A stretch of 64,000 nt of DNA, from contig CM052817.1 of assembly GCA_028534125.1 (NCBI GenBank), forward strand, positions 81,160,001 to 81,224,000, in the 5' to 3' direction. Shown here one piece after another: positions 13,511-25,655 of the stretch. The stretch is from Lama glama (taxonomy: Eukaryota). Numbering within the stretch: position 1 is the stretch's first letter; the number at the start of each line of letters is the position of its first letter. A model generated the notes under the pieces. The model worked only from the letters and a program-made list of their open reading frames with translations. It had not been told where the DNA came from and did not search any database. The translations under genes were made by a program, and so were the position numbers.

Positions 13511-14437
13511 CACTGTTGCTAGTATTACTTGGAAAAAAAAAACATTATTTGTTAGATCAGTTAAGAATAAGGATAATAAAGTTTTTATTTTACCTTCATT
13601 ATTCCATCTCCAGTGCTCTTCCTTTCTTTATGTAGCTCCAAGTTCCTGACCATCATTTTCCTTCTTTCTGAAGAACTACCTCTGACATTTCCTGCTGAAC
13701 AGTTCTACTATCTACAAATTCCCTCCATTTTTGTTTAAGAAAGTCTTTTTTATTTCCTTCTTCTTTCTTTTTTTTTTTTCCAGGACAAATCTGCAGTATA
13801 CAGAACTCCTGGTTGATGTTTTTTCCCTCAACAATTTAAAAATATTTTACTACACTCACATTGCTTGCCTAATTTCTGAGAAGTAGGATACAGTTCTTAT
13901 CTTTGTTTCACTGTAGATAAAGTGTTTTTCTCCCTCTGGCTTCTTTCAAGAGTTTTTCTTTATCTTTGATTTTCTGCAGTTTTGTTATGATATGCACTAA
14001 GTGTAGGTTTATTTTTTTGGAATTTATCCTGCTTGTTCTCTGAGCTTCCTGGATCTTTGTTTTGGTGTCTGACATTAATTGGGGGAATTCTCAGTGGCTG
14101 CTGCTTTAAATATTTCTTCTGTCCTTTTCTCTCTTTCTTCTCCTGATATGACTGTTATGCATGATTTACACTTTTTGTACTTGTCTCACAGTTTCTGGAT
14201 GTTCTTTCCTTTATTTATTAACTTTTTTCAGTCTCTTTTCTCTTTGCTTTTCAGTTTTGGGAATTTCCATGGACAGATCCTTATGCTCAGAGGTTCTTTG
14301 CTTAGCCATCTTCAGTCTACTAATGAGCCCATCAAAGGCATTCTTTATTTCTGTGACAGTGTTTTTGATCTTAATCATTCCCTTTTTATTATTTCTTAGA
14401 CTTTCTATCTCTCTGCTTTCATTGTCCATCTGTTCTT

Positions 14438-14593
14438 TTTTTATTATTGCATAAATTTGACATGAAACATGTTGTAAGTTTAAAGTGTATGTTACTTTGA
14501 TAGATTTATGTATTGTAATATGGTTGCCATTGTAGCAATATTTATCACATTACACAATTACAGCACAATATCATCTCTATTCATTGTTCCCTG
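14438..14593 (-). mobile_element. Severely 5'-truncated L1 3' end nested in older L1
   Basis: T-tract at left end; 15-bp TSD tgtccatctgttctt (14423-14437) / tgcccatctgttctt (14594-14608). Confidence 0.8.
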
Positions 14594-15691
14594 TGCCCAT
14601 CTGTTCTTGTGTGCTATCCATTATATCCTATCCTTTGGAGTCATTAGCACATTAATCATAGCTGCTTTAAATTCCAGTCTGATCATCCCAACTTCCTTGT
14701 CATATCTGAGTCTAATGGTGAAGCTTTCTCTGTCTTTTCAGACTGTGTTTTTTGCCTTTTAGTAGTTTTGAAACTGTTTGTTAAAAGCTGTACATAGTGT
14801 ACTAGGGAAATGAAACTTCATTAAATAGGCCTTTATCAGTATGTTGGTAAGATATGGAGGAAGGAGAGTGTCCTATAGCCCTTTGATTATGTCTCAGACT
14901 TTTAATGAACCTTCGCCCCTGGTTTGTGAGCTTTACAAATAATTACCAGTTGTTTCACCTACTTATCTTGGACAGGATGGCTATCAGGGTCTAGGATTGG
15001 TTGTTTTCTTTCTGTCTTGTGGAAGACTAGGGTGAGCTAGAGTTAAGTATTTCTCTTTAGGTGTGTTGAACAGGCTCTGCCAAAATCCCTGCAGTTTAGG
15101 CTCTGACAACAATTTCTCTGAGGGTAGGTGTTAAGAAGAATCAAAGGCTCTGGTGTACTTCACAGTGGTTATGTTTTCTCTCGCCCTGCTGGAAGCACAA
15201 AGGGATTTTCCTCTGGTCTTCACTGTGAGGACGTTGCGGAGCTGCAGGGGGTACAGTTCACAGGAGTATCTGGACCTCTCTATGACTAGGCTTTCCTGGA
15301 GTTTCTGACTCTCAGACTTGTCCGCACAGATCCTGTGGCAATTTGTCCATTATAGTTTAGTTTTTCCTGCCTTGGTACTGGTTCCCACAGAGGTTTCTAC
15401 TTATGAGTGTCTGCTCCTATTAAGTTTGATTCTCTCTATCCACATGGCTGTCTCTCCAACTTGGGGGACAGTGCTTTGTCCTGTGACCTCGCATCCCTAG
15501 CTTATCTCGCATGAGTTGTTGATTTTTAGGTCTGCTCGGTTTGTTTATTGTTGTTAGGGTGGATTGAAGACTTCCAAGCGTCTTACGTACTGGACCAGAA
15601 ACTTAAAAACCAAATTCTGTTTTTATACTACTGAATTGACATAAGAGTTAGTGAATTTGCTTAACTGTGAAAGACCTAATTTTGAAACTGT

Positions 15692-16201
15692 TGTATTAGT
15701 TCCCTGTTGCTGCTGTAATACTTTGCCACAAACGTAGTGGCTTACAACAAAACAAAGACGTTATCCTACAGTTCTGGAGGCCAGAAGCTAGAGATGGGGT
15801 TTACTGTGATAAAGTCTAGATACTGGCAAGTCTGCATTCCTTCTGGAAGCTGTGGAGTTCTTCTTCCTCGCCTTTCTCAGCTTCTAAAGACCACCTGCAT
15901 TCTTTGTCTCTTGACGCCATTTTTCTGTCTTCAAAGCTAGCAACGTGGGGCAGAGGCTTTGTTAAGCTGCTGTCTCTCTGGTTCTTTCGTCTGATTTTCT
16001 CTTCCACTTTTAAGGACTGTTGCGATTACATTGGACCCACTCGGATAATCCAGATTAATCTATTTTAATGTCAAACAATTAGCTACTCTAATTCTACCTG
16101 CAACTTTAATTCCTTTTTGCCACATAATATAACATATTCATAGGTTCCAGAGTTTAAGATGTAGACATCTTGGGGTGAGGGGCATTATTCTACCTGCCAC
16201 A
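15692..16201 (-). mobile_element. MLT1 (MaLR, MLT1D-like) solo LTR
   Basis: tgtattagttcc...acagttctggaggccagaag...ggcattattctacctgccaca. Confidence 0.9.
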
Positions 16202-16403
16202 GCTGATGTGTTCTTCTTGATTTAGGGCAAATGTGGGAAGGATTAACCAGTTTTATCAATGAACATGCAAATATTAAAGGAAACATTTAGTGGGAGAAAG
16301 CTATGTTCTGATTTTTAAAACATATAGATATTTTCGGGAAAACGTAGAGAATGTGAATTTACTATTTTAAATATGAATTTTATGAAATCTAAATATAGCT
16401 CAA

Positions 16404-17145
16404 AAAGGGAACCCTTCTACACTGTGGAGGGAATGTAAATTTGTGCAACCATTATGGAGAACAGTATGGAAGTTCCCTAAAAAAATAAAAATAGAGTTAC
16501 CATGTGATCCAGCAATCCCAATGCTGGGCATATATATGTAGAAAACTCTAATTTGAAAAGATACATGCACTCCAATGTTCATAGCAGCACTATTTACAAT
16601 AGCCAAGATGTGGAAGTAACCTAAATCTCCACTGACCGATGACTGGATAAAGAAGATGTGGGTGTATATATACAATGGAATGCATTACTTTGCTGTAAAA
16701 CAATGAAATAATGCCATTTGTAGCAACTTGGATGATTTAGAGATTGTTATCATACTAAGTGAAGTAAGTCAGAGAAAGACAAATGTCATATGATAGCACT
16801 TTTATGTAGAATCTAAAAAAAAATGATACAAAGAAACTTATTTACAAAATAGAAACAGACTCACAGACATAGGAAACAGCTATAGTTACCAAAGGGGAAA
16901 GGTGGAGGAGGGATAAATTTGGAATTTGGGATTAACAGATACACACTACTATATATAAAATAGATAAACAAGTCCTACTGTACAGCACAGGGAACTGTAT
17001 TCAATATCTTGTAGTAACCTATAATGGAAAAGAATCTGAAAAAGAACACATTTGTGTGTGTGTGTATATATATACAACTGAATCACTTTGCTGTATACCT
17101 GAAACACTGTAAATCAACTATACTTCAGAAAAAAAATTAAAAAAT
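16404..17145 (+). mobile_element. Relatively young 5'-truncated L1 (cetartiodactyl-type 3' UTR)
   Basis: ORF2 C-terminal motifs, agatacacactactatatataaaatagataaac, gtaaatcaactatacttca + A-tail; degenerate TSD aaatatagctcaa / aaaaataactcaa. Confidence 0.9.
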
Positions 17146-17164
17146 AAAAATAACTCAAGTTCCT

Positions 17165-17415
17165 ACTGAAAATTTATCACCCCAAATGGTGAGTGCTGTA
17201 AGTGTAAAATATGTACTGTATTACAAAGACTTAGCTTGAAAAATAATGTAAAATATTTCATTATAATGTTATATTAATTATATTTTGAAATTATCGGGTA
17301 TGTTTAGGATAAATAAGATAGATTGTTAAAATGAATTTATCTTTAAGAAATATTTTTAATGTGGTTATTAAGAAAGTACATTCAGCTTGTGTTATAGTTC
17401 TACTGGACAGAGCTG
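17165..17415 (+). mobile_element. MER33-like hAT-Charlie fragment
   Basis: gtgctgtaagtgtaaaata...aatgtaaaatatttcatt...ctactggacagagctg terminus. Confidence 0.75.
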
Positions 17416-17619
17416 ACGTAGCCGTCAGGGTTACACGTTTTCTTTACGTGGTTACTTGCGCTTCCCTTGCACGAATTCACATGAAGCCTAGGGTGTAGTG
17501 TGTGAACGTGCAGGGCACAGCTGGCACAGCTGCTGCTGGCTGCTGGCTGCTGGCTGCTTTCAGAGACAGAATGTTAGAAACAGCGCAAGTGTCATCAGGT
17601 CTACTCTATGGGCTAGGTA

Positions 17620-18080
17620 TTGACTATTGGCAGCCAGAATTCATATCCATTATCTTTACTATTTCCTTTATGTTATATGGATTGCAAGGTTGGGAATTAA
17701 ATTTTCCAGTCTTCTTGGCCACTAGGCTTGTGAGTGTGATCGAGGTTCTGCCAATGGCATGGCAACTGTGCAACTTTATGGAAAGCAGAGGCCATTCCCT
17801 TCCCTGTGTCGGTGGTTTTGGGGGAGGTCACACTCTACATTTCGTTCCCTCATCACCAGCTTTTTGGGTCGTGGCAGCCATTACATTGGTGCAGTTCCTG
17901 TTTTCTGATCTCTGCATGGCAACTGTGGTACTCTTACTTTGACACTTAGTGACAGCCCTCTGATCTCTCCATCTCTGGCCCTTCCAATAATGTTACAAGC
18001 ATTTAATGATCTATATAAAGAACTTCTTTGTTAAAATGCTTGGAATGGTTTTCATTCCCTGTGCTAAACGCTGCAACACA
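17620..18080 (+). mobile_element. LTR33-like ERVL LTR
   Basis: aggttctgccaat and 3' ttaaaatgcttggaatggttttcattccctg motifs resemble LTR33. Confidence 0.6.
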
Positions 18081-18214
18081 CCTCATTTTCAGATGAGGGA
18101 AAAGAGTTTCTAGATTTGTTTCAGGCTAGAAAAAGAGTCAATGGCAAAGACTGGATTAGAATTAAGCTCTCTTATTTCCTTTAAAATATTCTACATCTGC
18201 ACATATAGAAAACA

Positions 18215-18385
18215 ATGCATAGTGTAGTAGAATATGAATGCTTGAAGTTAAGTAGATGTCTGTTTGAATTCTAGCTTTTCTACTTACTAGCTGCATGACC
18301 TTGGGCAAGTCACTTGATTGTGGTTATCAATCACTTGATTATCATCTCAGTTTCCTTATCACACAAAGTGGTTGTAACTATTGTT
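18215..18385 (+). mobile_element. MIR SINE
   Basis: gtttgaattctagc...tacttactagctgcatgaccttgggcaagtcactt...ctcagtttccttatc. Confidence 0.8.
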
Positions 18386-18839
18386 ACATGTTTATTGAAT
18401 TTCTTGACATATTGTTAGGAATTAATACATACTCAGTAATCTTCCTTATGCCTGAATATGAGCAAGAGGTGGTTGGGACACTCACTTACACTTAGAAATA
18501 AAGACAATAAATGAAATTCCGTGATCACTGTATTTAAATACAGGATAGCTCATACAAATCTCACACATTGGCTGATAAAAAGACAATGTAAATTCTTGTA
18601 AATTATGTTCAAAAGGCAAAGTCCTTCCCTTAATAAGTAAGTAATATGATGCTTCCCAACATGTTTTAACATAAAACATTTCCTTAAAAGCCCTTCATTA
18701 GCTGGGATACCCTCAATTAAATGTTATTATATTTTAAAAATGTACTTTCCTAGTATGCTGATACCAGTCTTCATAATGTTAGTTCTGACTTCCAGGACTT
18801 TAAGAAAATGAAAGATAATATTTACTCACTCAATATGGA

Positions 18840-19620
18840 CCTGGAAGCCTCTAGAGTTGTTTTGAAGAGGAAATGATATTATTAAAACTATTCTTGTCAT
18901 CATATAAAGCAATTACTGAAGTGCAGAGATTAAAACCTTAAAGAACAGTTAGGAGATATCACAATGGTTCAGATAAAATACCGCAACGATTTAAACTAAT
19001 CTGGAGAAGTATAATTGGAAATGAAAGACTGAAGTTGAGTGAGATTTTGTAATAAAATGGACATAAAATGAGCCATTGGGGAAAGGCCAATGGTGAGTCC
19101 AAGTTTGCAGAATTAGTATTTGTTCAGATGGGTCACCAAGAAAAAGAAAAGCAAGAGTATTTTATAATTCAGGTGTGGCAGATATACTGAATTAAGTTTA
19201 TGGCTGATGAAATTTGAGATTCTTATAGAATATCCAGCTTGAGATTCTTCTAAGGAGCTGAGGGAGAGCACAGAAAACAGAGACAAATTGATCCTGAGGA
19301 CCATAAGTGATTATGGAGAAGAGTGGGTGTAAAAGTATGAGGGAATATGGCCAAACTCAGTGTCTTGTTCATATTTTGGAATCCAAGTAAAGTAAAGAGC
19401 TTGAAAAGGAGGCAGAGAGTAGCTAGAAAGACAAGAGGGAGTGGGATAGTCAAATGTTACAGGCAGAGGAGATGAAAGAAAAGCATTAAAAAAGGGAGAT
19501 TCTGTAAAGAAATGAAAAAAGCAGGACTCAGGCAATGCTAATGGATTTGGCAATACATAGATGAATTTCTTTTGAATTCTGAGAGTAGAAACCCAAATCT
19601 AAAAGCAAGAGTGACTGGTG
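18840..19620 (-). mobile_element. L2 LINE, degraded
   Basis: Purine-rich antisense L2-like motifs (tggatttggcaa, gagagtagctagaaag). Confidence 0.5.
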
Positions 19621-20599
19621 CCTAGAGGCACTAACATCCAGACACTTTTGAGTTTAGCATTTTCAATAGGTCAGAGTATACGTTATGACTTTATGGGTAC
19701 CACCAATAGTGTGCACTGCACATCTGGGTACCATAATCATATATGTCACAGCAAAGTGCACTTCTTTTCGTTTGTTTGCAAATTGCACATTAACAGTCAC
19801 AGTGTTAAAATTTTTGTGCTTCTTCAAACTTTAGCTGTAGTCAAGCGTCCATAGAGGGGAAACAAGAAAAGTTTGGCTATTGTTTTGAAATGCTATGTGA
19901 GTCAATAGATTTTATTCCTGATTTCTAAGATAATTTATCAGCACTAACTGATTTAAATTTTATTCTCTCCCCTTAAAAATATGTAGCATCCAGAAAGTAG
20001 TCGTGGAAGCAAAAAAGAAATGTCCAAAGATCCTAATGTTTCTACCTAAGGGAGTTGTTCATTTGTTTGATGAGGATTTACTTTGGAGGGAAGGATAAAA
20101 ATATATCAATAACATAGGACTAACAGAACTAATTTCAGTTGTGCCTGCTGGTGACAGAGCTTATCAGTTTAAGTCATGCCCTATAGTCATATTACATTTA
20201 CGTCCACTTGTAGCCAAAGGCAAATACCGAAGGCTTATTTTACACTTCTATTTGAATATATTTCTCCTCAAAAGGAGCCAGAAATAAAGACTACAATGAT
20301 ACTCTCAATTTTCAGACAAAATGCCTGTATTAAAGAGGTCATGACCACTGTTGTTGAAGTTGGCAATGATAAACAAACACTTCCATATGTTTCCATTTAT
20401 ATATCTAGTAAATATGATTACTCTTGATGTAGTTATATGACATTTCAAAATGACTCCATGAAATGTAAATCATTAAAATAAAATATAAACAGAATTTATG
20501 GTATTTTTAAAATTGGCAATACATCCAAAAATTGGCAAGGTATCCAAAGAATGCTTAAATTATATTATATATATACATACTAGATACATATCATATATA

Positions 20600-21930
20600 T
20601 AGATATAGAGAGAGATTATGGATTTAGAATAGTTAATAAACTTAAATTAATATGAAAAAGATAGACTATAAAATAGAAATTTGGCTAAAGTTTTCAACAG
20701 ACATTTCACAAGAGGTTATTCAAATAATGACAAACATGAAAATTAAAACGCAAATTAAAATCACACTGAAGTACCATTATCCAGCCACCAAAATTGATAA
20801 ATTGAAAAAAGTCTGAAAATATCATGTTTGTGAGCATGTGGAGCAACCATAACTATCATATGTTGTTGGTGGGAGGGTAATTTGTTGTAAACACTATGGA
20901 AGATTGGCCATTACATGTATGACATGTTTATTTCCTATAATGCAGCAATTCTGTGCCACTCTGTATACACTGCAGAATGAAGACAAAACATAAGACATGA
21001 ATTAGAACACTTATAATATAATATATATTTACATTTCTTCTTTATCCATTCATCTGTCAATGAGACACTTGAGTTGCTCCATATTTTAGCTACTGTAAAT
21101 AGTGCTACTGTGAACATTGGGCTGCAGGTATCTTTTTGAATTAGTGTTTTTGTTTCTTTCTGGAAAATATACCCAGGAGTGGAATTGCTGGATCGTATGG
21201 TAGTTCTGTTTTTAGTTTTTTAAGTAACCACTATACTGTTTTCCATAGTGGCTGCACCACTTTACATTCCCACTAACAGTGTATGAAGGTTCCCTTTTCT
21301 CCACATCCATATCCACTTATTATTTGTAGGCTTTTTGATGATAACCATTCTGACAGGTGTGAGGGGACATCTCATTGTTGCTTTGATTGGCATTTCTCTA
21401 ATAATTACTGATGTTGAGCATCTTTTCATGTGACTGTTAGCCATCTGTATGTCTTTGAAAAAAATGGCTATTCAGGTTGGAATTGTTGACTTAAGGAAAA
21501 CAAGTTTGAACAATTAATAATGCAGTCATAGTACAATACATGGCTCTGTAGTCAACAATAGTATATAGTTCTGATGATATAACCACTGAGGGTTTAATTT
21601 AATAAACCAATAATTGTACAATTATTTGGGAGGCTGGGGGAATACGGGTTGATGAGAGATACATCTCCATCTGGTGTAACAAGGAGTCAGTAGGTAAATG
21701 CCAAATTACTAATTACTAAATAGCAATGCAAGCACATTTTTAGAAATGTGGAAGTAATTACTAGAAAAAAAAGTTAAAATTGTTTCCTGTGGAAAAATTG
21801 TCTAAGAGAGATGGGAAGACATCGGGTTAGTGACCACATTCTTTATGTGAGCCTTTTAGTACATTAGAAAAAACAACTTTGTGTGCTTTGCCAACTTTTG
21901 ATATTAAAAAAACTATAATAATAAATTAAA
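20600..21930 (+). mobile_element. Old L1ME-like fragment, interrupted
   Basis: aacagacatttcacaagagg, gagcatgtggagcaac, tgttggtgggag motifs of L1 ORF2 end; 3' UTR-like remainder after 21480 less certain. Confidence 0.6.
21020..21478 (-). mobile_element. L1 ORF2 C-terminal fragment (younger family), no tail
   Basis: Minus ORFs MANSHMKRCSTSVIIREMPIKATMR and MFTVALFTVAKIW...DEWIKK resemble L1 ORF2p C-terminus. Confidence 0.9.
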
Positions 21931-23689
21931 ATGACAACATTTCAAGTTTTTTATTTTATTCTTTAAAACTCCACTAATCTTGATTAATCAGTTTGGTAAA
22001 TAAGTAGTTCATATCCTCAAAACTGTATAAGACACTTATATAAGGCAGAGTTTGTTTTTTTTTTAATGATACTTAAACTTTGCAATAGGGCATCAATTTA
22101 GAAAGCACTCTACATCCAAGGCTCAGATCTACATTCAGTACTCCATATAGATGAAGTCAGTGGACGGTAGAACTCCAAAGATCTTTCTGAATGAGAAATC
22201 TAAACCTGAATGTTCACTCTCTGCCAGAAAAGTGCAGCTTTCTCTGAAATTCTCCTTCTTCCACTCTGGGCTCCTTTACCAAAGTACTTCCTTTCTATAC
22301 AGTATTTCCATACCATCCTAGTAGCTTGATAGGTAACAAGCCCTAAATGGTTACATTTACTGTTGTTTATAGTTTGTTGTCACGGTTACAGAAACACCAA
22401 CTACAGCAGGCGATTAAACCAACTTCATGATATGCCTTTGCTGCAAGATCGAAGTTCTGATTTTCCAGTTGTATTTGGATCTAAAATTTGGCTTCACGTG
22501 AGTTCACTCTGTCCCAGGAAAAAGAGAAGCCAAGTTTACATTGTATATTAAATGTTCCACTGGTTGTCTCTATTTTTTCAAACATGACACGTACTTTATG
22601 GACTGGAACATAATGGCAGGTAATAAAACCATAGGATTTATTTAAACGTTTTTTCTTTCTCTCTTCTTGTATCCAAATCTTTCTTCTAACATCAGGTTTT
22701 CCTTAGGTTTTCAATGGCTATCTTTCATCTAACAAATAAAGCAGAGAGAGCTTAAATTCTGAAAAGAAATGGTCAAAGATAAGAACTAATCAGTCTCTAG
22801 TAATTCTTTCCATTCATTTTGTTTAGTCTCTTTTTAAGTTTCTCACCACAAGTCTCTGTAACTTTAAAATCAGAACTCCATCGACCTTGTGTAAAGAATT
22901 GCCGTTCCTTAACCACAGAAGCGCTAGACGTGAGGTAGGTTGTTCTGAAGCTCCAAACAGGTGGGATTGCCATTTTCCATTCCACGAAGTACGTGCAAAT
23001 TCTTGTCTTGCCTTAGAGGGAACAGTTTGTTACCCTCTAACGGGAGAAGTTCATTAAACTGTTACGAATTAAAATCTGATTTTGAGATTAGCATACAAGT
23101 GGACAAATTTAGCATATCTGTCTATACCCATAAGATATCAATTTGATATTTGTAATGACAACAAGAGACCCAAAGTTTCTCGAAGCAATTTATAGACATT
23201 CATCACTATCATAATTGGTGATCTTAGAGTTTCAGTTGAAGTTAAATCTGTACATATACCTGCTAAGTTACCTGGTATTTTCAGAAAGAAAATGAAACGT
23301 AATGCACTTTAAAAGAAAAAGAAAAAGAGAAGAGATTCTCATTTTAGTTGCTTTAGACTCAGGATATCAAAGATACCAGTGGTGTGTTTTGACAGGAGTA
23401 GAATGATGAGTTTTCCGGAAGGTTTACTTAGCCTCACCAGGTTTTGTCTGACACTTTTTGGGGGACGTCAACACTTATGAATGACAACGAGTTGTGTTCT
23501 CGTGCATCTCATTCAGTATTGGAATGCAATTCAAAATTAACACTGCTTCGAAGATCACATTGGGAGGTACACAAGAGTCCTAAATCAAACAACGCCTGTA
23601 GAATGAAAAGGATTGGGGGATACTGTCTTTGCCAAAATGGGGTCGAGTGAAGGAGCCTCAGTCACTCCCACACTTTCTCATTAGTACTA

Positions 23690-24570
23690 GAAGCACTGGT
23701 TAAATTGAACATCATCAACTTCAGATTCAGTGTATTAACTCACCAAACTTATCATCTCAAGCAGGCAGATTTCTCTTCCAGTGTTCCTTTTCACAGCAAA
23801 AGGGACTCACCGTCTCCTAGCTAATCAAACTTGAAACCTGCAAGCAATCCTAAATTTTTTCATTCTCCCTCCTATTCCGCATCTAATCATTCATGAAATT
23901 GTTTTTCCTACCTCAGAAATAGGTCTGGAATATTAAAATTTCTTCTTATGTCATCATCACTGAGATTCCGAGAATTATCACTGTGAAAGTTTTCCAGTCC
24001 CTCTCTCCCATGCTTGCCCTTTGTAATCCATTCTTGGCTCAGAAACCAGGGGAGTCTTTTTGAGGATGTATTGCCGTTCTTCGAACTATGTGGTGACTTC
24101 ACATTGTCTGAAGATACCCAAATTCCTTATAATACTATCCACAGTCTGGTCCTTACAGCTTATCTCAGTTTACCTGTGCCCTTTGTGCTTTAAATCTTCT
24201 GACCTTCTTTCGGATTTCAAGCATTATTTGCAGAATCTCTTGTCTCTGGGATTCTGTGCTGTGTGTGGGGTGTCATATATTTGTACGGGATGCTCTTGCG
24301 CCTTTATTTTTACCCTACTCCTGTTCATCCTTTACCTGTCAGTTTAAGGCTTCGTTCTTTAAGGAAAATTCCTCATTCTTAGATAAGTTTAAATCCCTAC
24401 ATTTTGACCCAAAGCCTTGTGCCCTGAACCTCTTCTTCATATTTCAATTTACAGCTCAACGTTTGTACCTGACTCTAAGCCCCGTGTCTTTTTCTATCTT
24501 GTTCATACTTAGCCTCCTTATTTCTACTATAAATCCTGAAATATGGTAGAAGCATGATAAATATTGATTT
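23690..24570 (+). mobile_element. L2 LINE 3' region, degraded
   Basis: caaacttgaaacctg, cattctccctcctattccgcatctaatc, cttgtaatcca-like and terminal tatggtagaagcatgataaatattg motifs. Confidence 0.6.
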
Positions 24571-25479
24571 ATACAAATTGAAAGAAATACATCAGAATGA
24601 TGAAACATGTGTAGCAGCTTCCTTTCAAATGCTGAGGACTAGAGATTTCAAAGCATTATACTCATATTGTCATAATCCACATTTGCTTCTTGTGGTTTGC
24701 ACATTAGAATTGTTTGTAAGTGTATATGCATGTGTGTGCTTATGCACAGGTGTGTGTTCTTAAAGGGTGGAGAGTGGAAAGAAAGAAAGTATAAGTGTCA
24801 AGGCCAAAAACATGATTTTGGCCAGCAGTGTGGAAAGCACTGTGGGGGACAATTTGCCTTTCTTTTATCAAAGGCTTGCCGTGTTCTGAAGTCTTTTCTA
24901 GGCTTCTCAGTAGACTCTAGAAAAGCCCATGTACCAAAACAAAAATGCTTATAAAATGCACATAGCAATCCTCTGGAGAAAAAAGCATAGCATACCCTGC
25001 TACCTTTGTCTTCCTTTAGAGATGAGAAGATCTGAGAGAATGTATAAAACCTAATCCCTTCCTGTGGTTTTAAGAAAATATTGAGAACAAAATGCCTGTA
25101 ACCCTTGGCACGTAAGTGTTTCCTCTCTACCTTGTGGAAAAAGCCATTTTGTGAATCTCTGCTTTTGAAAATGAGCTAGATTTTTTTTAAGCCACTTTAT
25201 TGAGACGTCTGTATACTTTGGAAACATCACCTTTCTCAAATTCTGTACCTTGGAATAATATTTCTCTGGAGATATTTCTAAGTTAAACAAGGAAACCCTG
25301 CATGTTTTGTGGGTGGGTGGGTTACACTGCACAGTATCATACTATTAAAAATTTTTAGTATTGCCATAAAACATTTGAGTAACTTAGATTAACCTAGATT
25401 TTCCAAATATTTTATCATGCAACCAAACTCTCCGTTTCTTTGGTTTGAATGCTTGTGAAAATCCAAGCCACTCAGAAAA

Positions 25480-25655
25480 AAAAAATGATGGAATCCTAGT
25501 GGAAAATGGGTTCCAATCTAGCAACCTTACCAGTCTCTTTTACCATTCAGATAACCTAACATATCCTAGTCTCAGTTACAAATTGTTAAATGACAGTATT
25601 CACGCCTACTCCCGAGTAGTGTGATGAGAATTGAATGAGATGTATATATTAGAAT
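25480..25655 (+). mobile_element. MIR SINE fragment
   Basis: tgggttccaatc...tctcagtt...tgtgatgagaattgaatgagatg. Confidence 0.55.

Larger units (their letters stand above)
12310..15610 (-). mobile_element. Old L1 (L1MC/L1MD-like) 5' UTR-ORF1 region, with two nested insertions
   Basis: Minus ORF 14211-14429 (EIKNAFDGLISRL...EKQREKRLKK) resembles L1 ORF1p coiled coil; T-rich plus strand typical of antisense L1. Confidence 0.85.

Noticed and set aside
14211..14429. ORF resembling a coiled-coil protein
   Set aside because: Decayed L1 ORF1p remnant, not a host gene
22919..22934. 16-nt + strand micro-exon (cacAG|...GAG|GTAGGT)
   Set aside because: Weak pyrimidine tract and no independent support
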